Program-made: the position numbers and the translations under genes | Assembly (NCBI GenBank): GCA_034436195.1 | Contig: DAOTWS010000176.1 | Coordinates: 113-64,112, forward strand | Length of the DNA stretch: 64,000 bases | Direction: 5' to 3' | Source: Anaerolineae bacterium | GTDB lineage: Bacteria > Chloroflexota > Anaerolineae > Promineifilales > Promineifilaceae | Shown here: one piece after another, positions 27,591-37,503 of the stretch | Position numbering within the stretch: position 1 is the stretch's first letter | Layout: the number at the start of each line of letters is the position of its first letter | Notes under the pieces: generated by a model | Told to the model about the DNA's origin: nothing | The model's database searches: none | The model's input: the letters and a program-made list of their open reading frames with translations, nothing else

Positions 27591-28499
27591 TCAGGTGGTG
27601 TGTTGCTGGTAGTGGGCAATGGTTTGACGAAGTCCGTCGGTGAGAGAAACGGCCGTTTCCCACGCCAATATTTCTCGCGTTTGGGCCATATTTGCTACCT
27701 GCTGCCACGCTTCGCCGGGGCGAGCAGGCAAAACACCGGGCAACGGCCGTCCTCCCCGCCCCACCAGTGTATAAATTATTTCAGCTACTTCCCGTACAGC
27801 CGTTAACTGACCTGTACCCAAGTCAACAGAACTGCCCGGTGGCAACGGCCGTTCCAGCATCTTCTCGAACCCGGCCACCACATCTTTCACATAAATCCAG
27901 TCCCGTTCTTGCGTGCCAGAAGTCATGGGAAAATCCTGACCTGCCAGTGCTGCCCGAATAGCCGCTGGTACAAATGCATTTTGTGGTTGTCCCGGTCCGT
28001 ACGCCTGAAAAATCATCGCCCCACAAATTGGCCAACCTTGGGTACGGGCATACATCTGACAAAAAGCCCAGGCGGCAGCCTTGCTGGCCGCATACACATT
28101 CATGGCAGATTGTTCACCGGGAGTCCGGGCAACAATAAGCTGTCTGGCCGTTCCAGATTTTTCGAAGACGGCCCGCAACAAGTTTAATGTACCCGTCACG
28201 TTGTGCCGAACGGCCGTATCTACCGCCAAAAACGGATTTGTGGCCCCTACGGCAGCCAGATGAACCACACAATCTGGTTGAGCTGCCTGCACCGCCCGTA
28301 CCGTAAGCTGAAAATTGCGTAAATCAGCATAAACCAACTCAAAATGGGGGCGCAACGGCCGTAATTCAGGCGGCAAATGAGAAACATTGGCATAGGTGTC
28401 ACGCACTAACAAAATCACAGTCGTATTCGGCCGTGCCACCAAATGTTGCACCAAATGACAACCAATAAACCCTGTGCCGCCTGTCACCAATATCCGCAC
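27591..28499 (-). CDS. NAD-dependent epimerase/dehydratase family protein
   Basis: MRILVTGGTGFIGCHLVQHLV (GxxGxxG) and YAASKAA (YxxxK). Confidence 0.85.
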   Translation of the reverse strand: MRILVTGGTGFIGCHLVQHLVARPNTTVILLVRDTYANVSHLPPELRPLRPHFELVYADLRNFQLTVRAVQAAQPDCVVHLAAVGATNPFLAVDTAVRHNVTGTLNLLRAVFEKSGTARQLIVARTPGEQSAMNVYAASKAAAWAFCQMYARTQGWPICGAMIFQAYGPGQPQNAFVPAAIRAALAGQDFPMTSGTQERDWIYVKDVVAGFEKMLERPLPPGSSVDLGTGQLTAVREVAEIIYTLVGRGGRPLPGVLPARPGEAWQQVANMAQTREILAWETAVSLTDGLRQTIAHYQQHTT

Positions 28500-28506
28500 G
28501 CCGACT

Positions 28507-29307
28507 TCAGTCCTCCCATACCTTCCAGGGCGGATTTTCCTGCCAGATTTTCTCCAGCAGCAATGTATCTTTCATGGTGTTCATAGATTGCCAAAAACCC
28601 GTATGTCGGTAAATCATCAACTGTTTTTGACGGGCCAACTCCGGCAAAACTTCGGTTTCCAGATTCACATTGTCACCAGCAGACATCATTTCCAACACTT
28701 TCCGCTCAAAAAGCATGAAGCCCCCGTTAATCCAATAGGGAAGCAACGGCCGTTCCACAAACCCGGAGACCAGACCCGACTCATCCGCTTCTACCACGCC
28801 ATATTGCAAATGCACCTGAACGGCCGTTAACGTGGCCAACCGCCCGTGCGACCTGTGAAAGGCAACCAGCGCCGTCAAATCCACATCACTCACATCATCC
28901 CCATACGCCACAAAAAACCGCTCCCCCTGCAAATACTGCGCCACGCGAGCAATACGACTTGCTTTCTCCGTGTGCAAACCAGTATCCACCAAACTCACTT
29001 CCCAGGGATCATGACCAGCCACACCATGATACCGAATATTCTCATCCCCATCTGCCGGTGTCCCCAAACGCAGCGTCATATCGCGTGACATCCGCTCATA
29101 TTCCAAAAAATACCGCTTAATCTGGTCTGCCCCATACCCCAACGTCAGCACAAACCGATTAAAACCATGTGCCGAAAAAATCCGCATGACATGCCAGAGA
29201 ATCGGCCGTCCGCCAACCTCAACCAACTCCTTCTTGCGCGTCGTACTCCCCCGCATGCGGGTTCCCATTCCCCCGCACACAATCACTACCGGAATATCCT
29301 CTGCCAA
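28507..29307 (-). CDS. rfbF: glucose-1-phosphate cytidylyltransferase
   Basis: VVIVCGGMGTRMR...ELVEVGGRPILWHVMRIFSAHGFNRFVLTLGY...INGGFMLFE...FWQSMNTMKD. Confidence 0.85.
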   Translation of the reverse strand: MAEDIPVVIVCGGMGTRMRGSTTRKKELVEVGGRPILWHVMRIFSAHGFNRFVLTLGYGADQIKRYFLEYERMSRDMTLRLGTPADGDENIRYHGVAGHDPWEVSLVDTGLHTEKASRIARVAQYLQGERFFVAYGDDVSDVDLTALVAFHRSHGRLATLTAVQVHLQYGVVEADESGLVSGFVERPLLPYWINGGFMLFERKVLEMMSAGDNVNLETEVLPELARQKQLMIYRHTGFWQSMNTMKDTLLLEKIWQENPPWKVWED

Positions 29308-29341
29308 ACCACACTCTCCCTTTACATAAATTCTGCCACTT

Positions 29342-30406
29342 CTACGCTTTTTCCTTCGCTGCCTGCGCCCTGGCTACCGCCTCACGCAAATGCTTCTCAA
29401 ACGGCGGATACACTATCCCGACTTCAGTGACAATACCAGTCACATAACGGTGTGGTGTCACATCAAACGCCGGATTACGCGCCGTAATACCTTCAGGCGC
29501 AATAGATTTACCAAAAACTGTAACCACCTCTTCCATGCCTCGCTCTTCAATGGGAATCATATCACCATTGGGCAAGTTTAAGTCAATGGTGCTGGTAGGC
29601 ACAACAGGGTAAAAAGGAACACCATTTTCTTTGGCCACAACGGCCAGCTTATACGTGCCGATTTTGTTTGCCACATCACCATTTGCAGCGGTACGATCAG
29701 ACCCAACCAGTACAATATTTACCTGCCCGGTGCGCATAAAGTGACCGGCTGCATTATCGGCTATCAGGTCAAACGAAATACCCCGCTCTTTAAGTTCCCA
29801 GCATGTCAGCCGTGCTCCCTGAAGGCGAGGCCGGGTTTCGTCCACGAGCACATGGATACGCTTGCCTTGTTCATGGGCGGCAAAGATAACTCCCAACGCT
29901 GTTCCCCAATCTACGGTGGCTAACGCGCCCGTGTTGCAGTGATGTAATATGGTGTCACCATCAGAAATGAGTTCTGCCCCAATGTAGGCCATGCGTCGGT
30001 TGATTTCGACATCTTCATCGGCCAGTTGCTGGGCTTCGGTGAGGAGGGCACGGCGTACATCGTCGGGGGTTTCCAGTTCTTCGTTGGTAGCCACACGCAT
30101 CAGGCGGTCAATGGCCCAGAAAAGGTTAACGGCCGTTGGGCGGGCAGCTTTGAGAACAGAAGCGGCCGTTTCCAGATCGCGCAACAAAGCCAGTCTGTCA
30201 GTTGCCTCACTCTGCCGGGCAGCCAACGCCAACCCAAACGCAGCCGCAGCCCCAATGGCCGGCGCACCGCGTACATACATTTCCCGAATCGCCCGTGCCA
30301 CCTCGTTATAATCGTCAAATGCCACCACCTCAAAGTGCCAGGGTAGTTGCCGCTGATCTATCATATTGACTGTATCATGATCATAATCCCAGAAAACTGT
30401 GCGCAT
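29342..30406 (-). CDS. mtnA: S-methyl-5-thioribose-1-phosphate isomerase
   Basis: IDQRQLP...[20 protein letters not shown]...[10 protein letters not shown]...CNTGALATV...[14 protein letters not shown]...[18 protein letters not shown]. Confidence 0.92.
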   Translation of the reverse strand: MRTVFWDYDHDTVNMIDQRQLPWHFEVVAFDDYNEVARAIREMYVRGAPAIGAAAAFGLALAARQSEATDRLALLRDLETAASVLKAARPTAVNLFWAIDRLMRVATNEELETPDDVRRALLTEAQQLADEDVEINRRMAYIGAELISDGDTILHHCNTGALATVDWGTALGVIFAAHEQGKRIHVLVDETRPRLQGARLTCWELKERGISFDLIADNAAGHFMRTGQVNIVLVGSDRTAANGDVANKIGTYKLAVVAKENGVPFYPVVPTSTIDLNLPNGDMIPIEERGMEEVVTVFGKSIAPEGITARNPAFDVTPHRYVTGIVTEVGIVYPPFEKHLREAVARAQAAKEKA

Positions 30407-30510
30407 ATTACCTCCAGAACCTTATTTACACTCTCTTGCATCCCCATCCTTCAAGATACCCCTTTATGAAAAGCAAATCATAGCACAGCGCCCAACACCC
30501 TGCCACTGCT

Positions 30511-30539
30511 TTGACGGGGAATGTAGCCATTGCTAGAAT
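30511..30539 (+). promoter_or_regulatory. promoter TTGACG-17nt-TAGAAT with a TGn extension
   Basis: TTGACG at 30511-30516, TGC at 30531-30533 and TAGAAT at 30534-30539, about 45 nt upstream of the ATG at 30586. Confidence 0.5.
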
Positions 30540-30585
30540 CGGCACATCGAACTGTTTGCAAACAGGAAACGGCCGAAGTTTCAGA

Positions 30586-31908
30586 ATGATGAAATCAACA
30601 AAAACCCTGCTCCAAAATCTTGCACAAGGAACACGCTGGTTCATACCTGGCCTGGGCATTAAACGATGGGTTTTGCTCATTAGCCTGGGGTCAACACTGA
30701 TTGGACTGGGGGGTGTTTATCTCATTTTGTGGCTCTATCGCCTCAACTGGCTACCAGAACGACTATACAACCTGGTTACATTACAGTTTTTACCCATCCA
30801 GTGGCGTATCATTTTGCCATTGGGAATAGGGGTTATTGCTATTTTTTGGGGAATGACCCAAATTGGCATTTCGCTAACAGCTCCCTTCCGCCAGAAAAAC
30901 GAGACCGTGTTGGACGCGTTGTATAACCATTATCAACACAGCCGAGGGCCGCATATTGTCGTGATTGGCGGCGGTACAGGGTTGCCAACCTTGTTGCGCG
31001 GGTTAAGAGAATACACCCGCAACATCACAGCCATTGTTACGGTGGCCGATGACGGGGGGAGTAGTGGACGCCTGCGGCGTGAGTTAGGTGTTCTGCCACC
31101 AGGAGATTTCCGTAACAACATTGCCGCGTTGTCACGTGATGAAGCGCTGATGACCCAATTGTTACAATACCGGTTTGGTAGCTCTACCCTGAAAAATGGA
31201 CAGCGAGAGTTGCAAGGGCATGCGTTTGGTAATTTGTTGCTGGCTGCGCTGGCGGGAATTACAGGCAGTTTTGATGAAGCATTGCTGGCAGCGGAGCGGG
31301 TACTGGCTATGCGTGGGCGGGTATTGCCAGCCACGCTGGAACAGGTAACGTTGGTGGCGGATGTGCTGGTAACAGATGAGACGGGAACGGCCGTTTCCCA
31401 TCACGTCATTGGCGAATCCACAATCCCCAAATTTGGCGGCAAAATCCAAAAAGTCGGCCTGACCCCACCCAATGTACGTGCCTACCCCCCAGCCCTGCAA
31501 GCCATCTTCCAGGCCGACCTGATCGTCATGGGGCCAGGCAGCCTGTACACCAGCATCTTACCCAACCTGCTCGTGCCCGATCTGGCCGAAGCACTGCGCC
31601 ATGCCCGCGCCCCCAAAGTATATGTGTGTAACATCGCCACCCAACCAGGGGAAACCGACAATTACACAGTTGCCGATCATGTGGCTGCGCTTTTGCGACA
31701 TCTGCCACCTGGCTGCCTGGATATTGTGCTGGCTAACGATAACCTGGCCCTGCCCACCCAAACAGGTGGTGGGCAAACAGTGTATGTACAGCCAACCCCT
31801 CCAGAGGGGGTAAAATTTATTACGGCTGATTTGGTAGATGAAGCACGCCCCTGGCGGCACGACAGTCAAAAACTGGCACGAGCAATTATCACTCTGCTAT
31901 CATCATAA
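30586..31908 (+). CDS. YvcK/CofD-family gluconeogenesis/morphology factor with an N-terminal TM region
   Basis: HIVVIGGGTGLPTLLRGL...ITAIVTVADDGGSSGRLRRELGVLPPGDFRN...GPGSLYTSILPNLLV. Confidence 0.88.
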   Translation: MMKSTKTLLQNLAQGTRWFIPGLGIKRWVLLISLGSTLIGLGGVYLILWLYRLNWLPERLYNLVTLQFLPIQWRIILPLGIGVIAIFWGMTQIGISLTAPFRQKNETVLDALYNHYQHSRGPHIVVIGGGTGLPTLLRGLREYTRNITAIVTVADDGGSSGRLRRELGVLPPGDFRNNIAALSRDEALMTQLLQYRFGSSTLKNGQRELQGHAFGNLLLAALAGITGSFDEALLAAERVLAMRGRVLPATLEQVTLVADVLVTDETGTAVSHHVIGESTIPKFGGKIQKVGLTPPNVRAYPPALQAIFQADLIVMGPGSLYTSILPNLLVPDLAEALRHARAPKVYVCNIATQPGETDNYTVADHVAALLRHLPPGCLDIVLANDNLALPTQTGGGQTVYVQPTPPEGVKFITADLVDEARPWRHDSQKLARAIITLLSS

Positions 31909-32030
31909 CAAATTGGCTTTAGGTAAGGCTGTCATTTGTCATGGTTGGTCAATGACGTTTAACGTAGCCTGTTTGGCAAATTTGGCGTTACAATAGACTA
32001 GTCATATTTTTAGGACAAAAGGAGCAAAGA

Positions 32031-33047
32031 ATGACCATCAAAATTGGTATTAACGGATTCGGCCGTATTGGCCGACAGGTTTACAAGGCAATTTATGAAA
32101 ACTACAAGGGCGTGCTGGATGTTGAAGCCATCAATGATTTGATGCCAGCAGCAACCAACGCCCATTTGCTTAAGTACGATTCAACTTACGGCCGTTTTCC
32201 CGGCGAGGTAGAAGTACGCGGTGAAGATATTTATGTGGACGGCGAAAAACTCAAAAGCTTCGCCGAACGAGACCCCGCCAACTTACCCTGGGGCGATTTG
32301 GGAGTAGACATTGTACTGGAATGCACCGGCATCTTCCGCGACCGCGAAAGCGCATCCAAGCACCTGACCGCCGGTGCCCAAAAAGTCATCATCTCGGCAC
32401 CAGGCAAAAGCGTTGATGCGACCTTTTGCCTGGGCGTCAATGAAGAAACCTACGACCCGGCCAGCCACCACGTTATCTCCAACGCCAGCTGCACCACCAA
32501 CTGCCTGGCACCTGTCGCCAAAGTGCTGAATGATCATTTTGGCATCCGCCGTGCCCTCATGTCCACCATTCACGCCTACACCAATGGGCAAAAAATTCTG
32601 GATATGGCCGCCAAGGATATGCGTCGTGCCCGCAGTGCTGCTATCAACATCATCCCCACCACAACTGGAGCCGCCAAAGCCGTATCCCTGGTCATTCCTG
32701 ACCTGGACGGCCGTTTTGATGGTATGGCCTATCGCGTCCCTGTGCCCACCGTCTCCGTCGTCGATCTTGTCGCCGAACTGGAAAAAGACACCACCATCGA
32801 AGAACTCAACGCCACCCTCAAAGCTGCTGCCAACAGCGATGGCTGGCTGGGCAAAGTACTGGACTACACTGAAGAGCCACTCGTCTCTTCCGACTTCATC
32901 GGCAATCCCCACTCCTCCACCATTGACGCCCTCTCCACCCAAGTCATTGGCGGCAATCTGGTGAAAGTGGTAAGCTGGTATGATAACGAATGGGGCTACT
33001 CCAGCCGATTGGCTGATCTGGCCGCATTTGTCGCGGAAAAACTCTAA
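32031..33047 (+). CDS. gap: type I glyceraldehyde-3-phosphate dehydrogenase
   Basis: [24 protein letters not shown] and [18 protein letters not shown]. Confidence 0.97.
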   Translation: MTIKIGINGFGRIGRQVYKAIYENYKGVLDVEAINDLMPAATNAHLLKYDSTYGRFPGEVEVRGEDIYVDGEKLKSFAERDPANLPWGDLGVDIVLECTGIFRDRESASKHLTAGAQKVIISAPGKSVDATFCLGVNEETYDPASHHVISNASCTTNCLAPVAKVLNDHFGIRRALMSTIHAYTNGQKILDMAAKDMRRARSAAINIIPTTTGAAKAVSLVIPDLDGRFDGMAYRVPVPTVSVVDLVAELEKDTTIEELNATLKAAANSDGWLGKVLDYTEEPLVSSDFIGNPHSSTIDALSTQVIGGNLVKVVSWYDNEWGYSSRLADLAAFVAEKL

Positions 33048-33109
33048 TTTTTACCTGGCGTGTCATGGCAGGGCAAGGGAATTTCTCCTGCCCTGCCTCT
33101 TTGTGTCTG

Positions 33110-33415
33110 ATGGAACTAAAAGAACTAGAAGCCCGTATGCACGCATTTGTACGCAGCAAAGGGTGGTACGAACCGGATTCTCCCAAACCGCAAACACCGC
33201 GCAATCTGGCTGCGTCGTTGGCTATTGAAGCGGCAGAAGTGCTGGAGCATTTTCAATGGCGCGAAGATACCCGCGACAAGAACGCCCTGGCCGGTGAGCT
33301 GGCTGATGTGGCATTGTATCTGTTACAACTGGCCAGTATTAGTGGCATCGATCTGGAACAGGCTATTTTGGACAAATTGGCCCAAAATCAGAATCGGGAG
33401 TGGCCAGAGCCATGA
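33110..33415 (+). CDS. MazG-like nucleotide pyrophosphohydrolase
   Basis: LAIEAAEVLEHFQWR...LAGELADVALYLLQLASISGIDLEQAILDKL. I take the start at MELKELE. Confidence 0.75.
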   Translation: MELKELEARMHAFVRSKGWYEPDSPKPQTPRNLAASLAIEAAEVLEHFQWREDTRDKNALAGELADVALYLLQLASISGIDLEQAILDKLAQNQNREWPEP

Positions 33416-34047
33416 GGGTCCTGGCTGTTAGTGATCGGGTGCTGGATCGGTTGTACTGTGCTCAGGTAAAGGAGCAGTTTGGGGGTATTGATCTTCTGAT
33501 TGGGTGTGGGGATTTACCGTATTATTATTTGGATTTTTTGGTTTCGGCGCTGGATGTGCCGATGGTGTATGTGTTGGGTAATCATGACCAGGGGCCGCAA
33601 TATACGGTAGACGGCCGTATCCTGAAAGAAGTGCGGGGGGGTGTCAATATTCATGGGCGGGTGACACGTTATAAAGATTGGCTGATTGCGGGTCTGGAAG
33701 GCTCCATGCGGTATCATCCTAAAGGCAAGTTGATGTATTCTGAATCGGAAATGCGGTGGGAGGTAACTCAGCTTTTGCCCAATCTGCTGTGGAATCGGGT
33801 GCGATACGGCCGTTTCCTGGATATCCTCGTTACTCATTCCCCCCCTTTCGGCATTCACGATCGTCCCGACTTGCCCCATACCGGTTTTCGCATTTTTCGC
33901 ACATTCATGCGGCTATTCAAGCCCCGCTACCTGTTACACGGCCATATCCACATCTATCGTCCCGACACACCACACGAAACCGTTTTTGGATCTACACGTG
34001 TGATAAACGTCTATCCTTATCGCTTGCTGACTCTGGAAAAAGAATAA
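33412..34047 (+). CDS. metallophosphoesterase
   Basis: MRVLAVSD, GCGDL, VLGNHD, VTHSPP and LHGHIH. The ATG overlaps the upstream stop (ATGA). Confidence 0.85.
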   Translation: MRVLAVSDRVLDRLYCAQVKEQFGGIDLLIGCGDLPYYYLDFLVSALDVPMVYVLGNHDQGPQYTVDGRILKEVRGGVNIHGRVTRYKDWLIAGLEGSMRYHPKGKLMYSESEMRWEVTQLLPNLLWNRVRYGRFLDILVTHSPPFGIHDRPDLPHTGFRIFRTFMRLFKPRYLLHGHIHIYRPDTPHETVFGSTRVINVYPYRLLTLEKE

Positions 34048-34160
34048 ACAACGGCTGATTACCAGCCCCAACTGCTTGACGGCCGTTTTCCCCCATCGTA
34101 CACTTGGCATAAGCTATTTGCCTGGTCGCATCATTCCGACACAAAAGGAGTCAGACAAAC

Positions 34161-36311
34161 ATGTTTGCCGTTTTGGGTGAGAGCGCGCAGCTCCGCGCCA
34201 CCCTTGCACCCATCGCCAACTATTTCAAACGGCCTACGTTCATCTACCGCACCTACAAAAAAGAAAACCTGCGCAGCGATTTAATAGCCGGCCTGACAGT
34301 GGCGGTAATTGCCCTGCCAGCAGCCATTGCTTTTGCCCTCATCGCCGAATTGCCACCACAGGTAGGGCTCTATGCGGTCATTGTGGGCGGCATCGTCGGC
34401 GCATTGTGGGGGTCATCGGAACATGGACAAACAGGTCCAGCAAATGCGATTTCCCTGATCGTCGCTTCGACACTGACCAGTGTGGCTGTGCCCGGCACAG
34501 ACGAATATGTGGCAGCTGCTGGCCTGTTGGCTGTCATGGTAGGTGCGTTTCAAATTGCTTTGGGCGTTTTTCGGCTCGGATTACTGGTCAATTTTGTTTC
34601 TCATTCGGTCATTGTCGGATTTACGGCAGGGGCGGGGTTGTTGATTATCATTCGGCAAATCCCTACATTGCTGGCATTACCAATTGACGGGGGGAATATT
34701 ATTGATCTGTTGCAAGGAATCGTAACAAAATTGCCTTTGCTGCACCCAATTACGGCCGTTCTAGGGGTGGGCACGATGCTTTTCATCTTCCTCTTGCGTC
34801 GTATCAACCCTCGTTTTCCCGGCCCTCTGATTGGCATGATTGTCGCCTCCCTTTTCGTGTACCTGTTTCATCTTAATCAAAATGGGGTTGCTGTCATTGG
34901 TGAATTACCACGGGGATTTCCCCCATTGGACCGTTTGCCATTCTTTGACCTGGAACTAATCGCCAATCTTTCTACGGGCGCCCTCGCCATTGGGGCTATT
35001 GGTCTGGTACAAACGATCGCCATCGTCCGCGCAATTGCCACCCAAACCGGCCAACGGCTGGATAGTAATCAGGAGTTTGTCGGTCAGGGGATGGCCAACA
35101 TGGCCGCCGGTCTTTTCTCCGGTTATCCGGTGGCAGTTTCTTTTTCGCGCACAGCAGCCGGATTCAAAGCAGGGGCTCGTACATCGTTAACGGCCGTTTT
35201 CGCCAGCCTGTTCGTACTAATAGCCATGCTCATGTTAGCCCCACTCACCGCCTACCTGCCCAAAACGGCCGTGGCCGGCATCCTCATCACCGTCGTCATT
35301 GGCCTCATCGACATCCCCGAAATCCAACGCATCTGGTACGGCGCCAAAGGAGACGCCATCATCATGCTCGTCACCCTGCTCGGCACACTCTTCCTGAAAA
35401 TCGAATTCGCCGTACTGTCAGGCATCCTCCTTTCCCTGGTCCTGTACATCGTCCGCACCAGCACCCCCCGCGTCTTGCCTGTACTCCCCGACGACCGCTT
35501 CCACCACTTCGCCTACCGCCCAGACAAGGCCCCATGCCCCCAACTCAGCATCATCGAAATACAGGGAGACCTCTACTTCGGTGCCGTAAACCACGTAGAA
35601 GAATTCATCCTGCAATACGCCGAACACCACCCCGAACAACGCTTCCTCCTGCTACGAATGCACCACATTAACCATTGTGACTTCAGTGGCATTCACATGC
35701 TGGAAACCGTCGTACGCACCTATCGAGATCGTGGTGGCGATGTATTTATGGTCAAAGTCGTGCCCCAGGTATGGCAGGTAATCGTCTCCACTGGCTTTGA
35801 CCGTTTCTTAGGAAGAGATCACTTTCTGGAAGAAGACGAGGCCATCAGCCACCTCTTCTACCGTGTACTCGACCCCGCCATCTGCATTTATGAATGCCCG
35901 GTTCGTGCATTCAAAGAATGTCAAAATCTCCCCAAACAAATAGACCTGGTCGGAATCCCCCCTCTGCACGATATACCAGATGATCGGGTGCTGGAAGTAA
36001 CCGCAGAAGAATTGTGGCAAATGATGCATCCCAAAAACGAACGGCCGTTACCCTACATCATCGACGTCAGAGAACCACGCGAATTTCGGCAAGGACACAT
36101 CCCCGAAGCCACACTCATTCCTCTAGGCACAATCCTTTCCGAAGAAATCAAACTACCAAACGACCGAGACATCATCCTGGTATGCCGCACAGGACGCCGC
36201 AGCCGCCGTGCCGCTTACGCCCTCCAAAGCATCGGCTGCATGAACGTTCGCATCCTGCAAGGCGGCATGCAGGCATGGGAAGCCGCCCAACTGCTAGAGG
36301 CGGTCGAATAA
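34161..36311 (+). CDS. SulP-family anion transporter fused to STAS and a C-terminal rhodanese domain
   Basis: SulP TM core (DLIAGLTVAVIALPAAIAFALIAELPPQVGLY...), STAS (IIEIQGDLYFGAVNHVEEF...LLRMHHINHCDFSGIHMLE), and rhodanese (IIDVREPREFRQGHIPEA...ILVCRTGRRS...LQGGMQAWE). Confidence 0.88.
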   Translation: MFAVLGESAQLRATLAPIANYFKRPTFIYRTYKKENLRSDLIAGLTVAVIALPAAIAFALIAELPPQVGLYAVIVGGIVGALWGSSEHGQTGPANAISLIVASTLTSVAVPGTDEYVAAAGLLAVMVGAFQIALGVFRLGLLVNFVSHSVIVGFTAGAGLLIIIRQIPTLLALPIDGGNIIDLLQGIVTKLPLLHPITAVLGVGTMLFIFLLRRINPRFPGPLIGMIVASLFVYLFHLNQNGVAVIGELPRGFPPLDRLPFFDLELIANLSTGALAIGAIGLVQTIAIVRAIATQTGQRLDSNQEFVGQGMANMAAGLFSGYPVAVSFSRTAAGFKAGARTSLTAVFASLFVLIAMLMLAPLTAYLPKTAVAGILITVVIGLIDIPEIQRIWYGAKGDAIIMLVTLLGTLFLKIEFAVLSGILLSLVLYIVRTSTPRVLPVLPDDRFHHFAYRPDKAPCPQLSIIEIQGDLYFGAVNHVEEFILQYAEHHPEQRFLLLRMHHINHCDFSGIHMLETVVRTYRDRGGDVFMVKVVPQVWQVIVSTGFDRFLGRDHFLEEDEAISHLFYRVLDPAICIYECPVRAFKECQNLPKQIDLVGIPPLHDIPDDRVLEVTAEELWQMMHPKNERPLPYIIDVREPREFRQGHIPEATLIPLGTILSEEIKLPNDRDIILVCRTGRRSRRAAYALQSIGCMNVRILQGGMQAWEAAQLLEAVE

Positions 36312-36340
36312 CACAACCCAAAAATACCAGGAGCAAAAAC

Positions 36341-37312
36341 ATGGAAGAAAAACACGTCCCCCGTAACATAGGCCTCGACCTGGTGCGAGTAACAGAAGCA
36401 ACCGCACTTGCTGCCGGCCACTGGATCGGTTCTGGCGACCTGATGAATACCCACCGCGCCGCCACACAAGCAATGGCCCGCGCCCTCAACACCCTGGACA
36501 TAAACGGCCGAATCGTCATCGGCGAAGAACACCGCCTCGGTCAAAAATCCCCCCTATGCAGCGGCCAATCCGTCGGCAAAGGCACAGGCCCCGAAATAGA
36601 CATCGTCGTCGATCCCATAGACGGCACCAAACTACTCGTCAAAGGACGCCCCGGCGCCATTTCAGTCGTCGGCATCGCCCCAAAAGGCACAATCTGGTCA
36701 CCAGTCCCCGCCATCTACATGGACAAAATCGTCGTAGACAGAGACGTCGCCCATGCCCTCGTCCCCGAATGCATGGATGCACCTGCCGCCTGGACACTCG
36801 CCCTCATCGCCCGCGTCAAACAAAAACCCGTACGCGATCTCACCGTCATCGTTCTCGATCGCCCCCGAAACCGCGACCTAATCAACGAAATTCGGGCAAC
36901 TGGTGCCCACATCCTCCTGCGCGACGAAGGTGACACCGAAGGCGCACTCGTCGCCGTCACACCCGGCACCGGCGTCGATCTGCTCATGGGCATCGGTGGT
37001 GCCGCCCAAGGCGTCATCGCCGCATGTGGCATCAAAGCCATGGGTGGCGCCATGCTCGCCCGACTCGCACCCCAAAGCGAAGAAGAAAAACGCGCCATCT
37101 ATGCTGCCGGACTCGACGACACCAAAATCCTCACCTGCGACGAAATCGTTACCAGCAACGAAATCTTCTTTGCCGCCACCGGTATCACCGACAGCGTTCT
37201 TCTCCCCGCCATCAAATACCACAGCAACTACGCCGAAACCTACTCCCTGCTCATTCGCGCCCGCACCGGTACCCGCCGTTTTATCCATGCAGAACATGGC
37301 GTTCGTGTATAG
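36341..37312 (+). CDS. glpX: class II fructose-1,6-bisphosphatase
   Basis: NIGLDLVRVTEATALAAGHWIGSGD...DIVVDPIDGTKL...ATGITD. GGAG RBS before the ATG at 36341. The ORF-track start at 36014 lies inside the SulP gene. Confidence 0.92.
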   Translation: MEEKHVPRNIGLDLVRVTEATALAAGHWIGSGDLMNTHRAATQAMARALNTLDINGRIVIGEEHRLGQKSPLCSGQSVGKGTGPEIDIVVDPIDGTKLLVKGRPGAISVVGIAPKGTIWSPVPAIYMDKIVVDRDVAHALVPECMDAPAAWTLALIARVKQKPVRDLTVIVLDRPRNRDLINEIRATGAHILLRDEGDTEGALVAVTPGTGVDLLMGIGGAAQGVIAACGIKAMGGAMLARLAPQSEEEKRAIYAAGLDDTKILTCDEIVTSNEIFFAATGITDSVLLPAIKYHSNYAETYSLLIRARTGTRRFIHAEHGVRV

Positions 37313-37363
37313 TCCTGTCCCCATCCCCAAAAACCCCCAAAAAACAACCATAATGCCCTCTTA

Positions 37364-37391
37364 TTGCCCATCTTAACACCCGTGCTATAAT
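37364..37391 (+). promoter_or_regulatory. promoter TTGCCC-16nt-TATAAT with a TGn extension (phn operon)
   Basis: TTGCCC at 37364-37369 and gTGcTATAAT ending at 37391. It shares the string CCCGTGCTATAATC with the promoter at 43941-43968. Confidence 0.5.
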
Positions 37392-37503
37392 CCTGACAGG
37401 TGGCTTCAGATCGCTAATTCTCAAAAACGCCGCGCCAAACGGTTGCGTCTGAGCCATCAAATCAGTCTCTATTTATTTAACCTTACCAAATGGAGGAGAA
37501 CCC

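Noticed and set aside
30511-30585. TTG start at 30511 for the yvcK ORF.
   Set aside because: The TTG is the first base of a TTGACG -35 box followed by TGCTAGAAT. The conserved protein begins at MMKSTK (30586).
36014-36340. N-terminal 109 codons of the ORF-track glpX ORF, overlapping the 3' end of the SulP gene.
   Set aside because: The translation (…RTAVTLHHRRQRTTRISARTHPRSH…) is out-of-frame noise from the rhodanese domain. The GlpX homology starts at MEEKHVPRN, which has its own GGAG RBS before the ATG at 36341.
35272-37400. Markedly C-rich, stop-poor region with ORFs in five or six frames, considered as a foreign GC-rich island.
   Set aside because: It encodes the SulP C-terminus and glpX with normal motifs. 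It begins at palindrome copies (35265, 36041), so it is best explained as an unusually long C-rich arm of the skew sawtooth.
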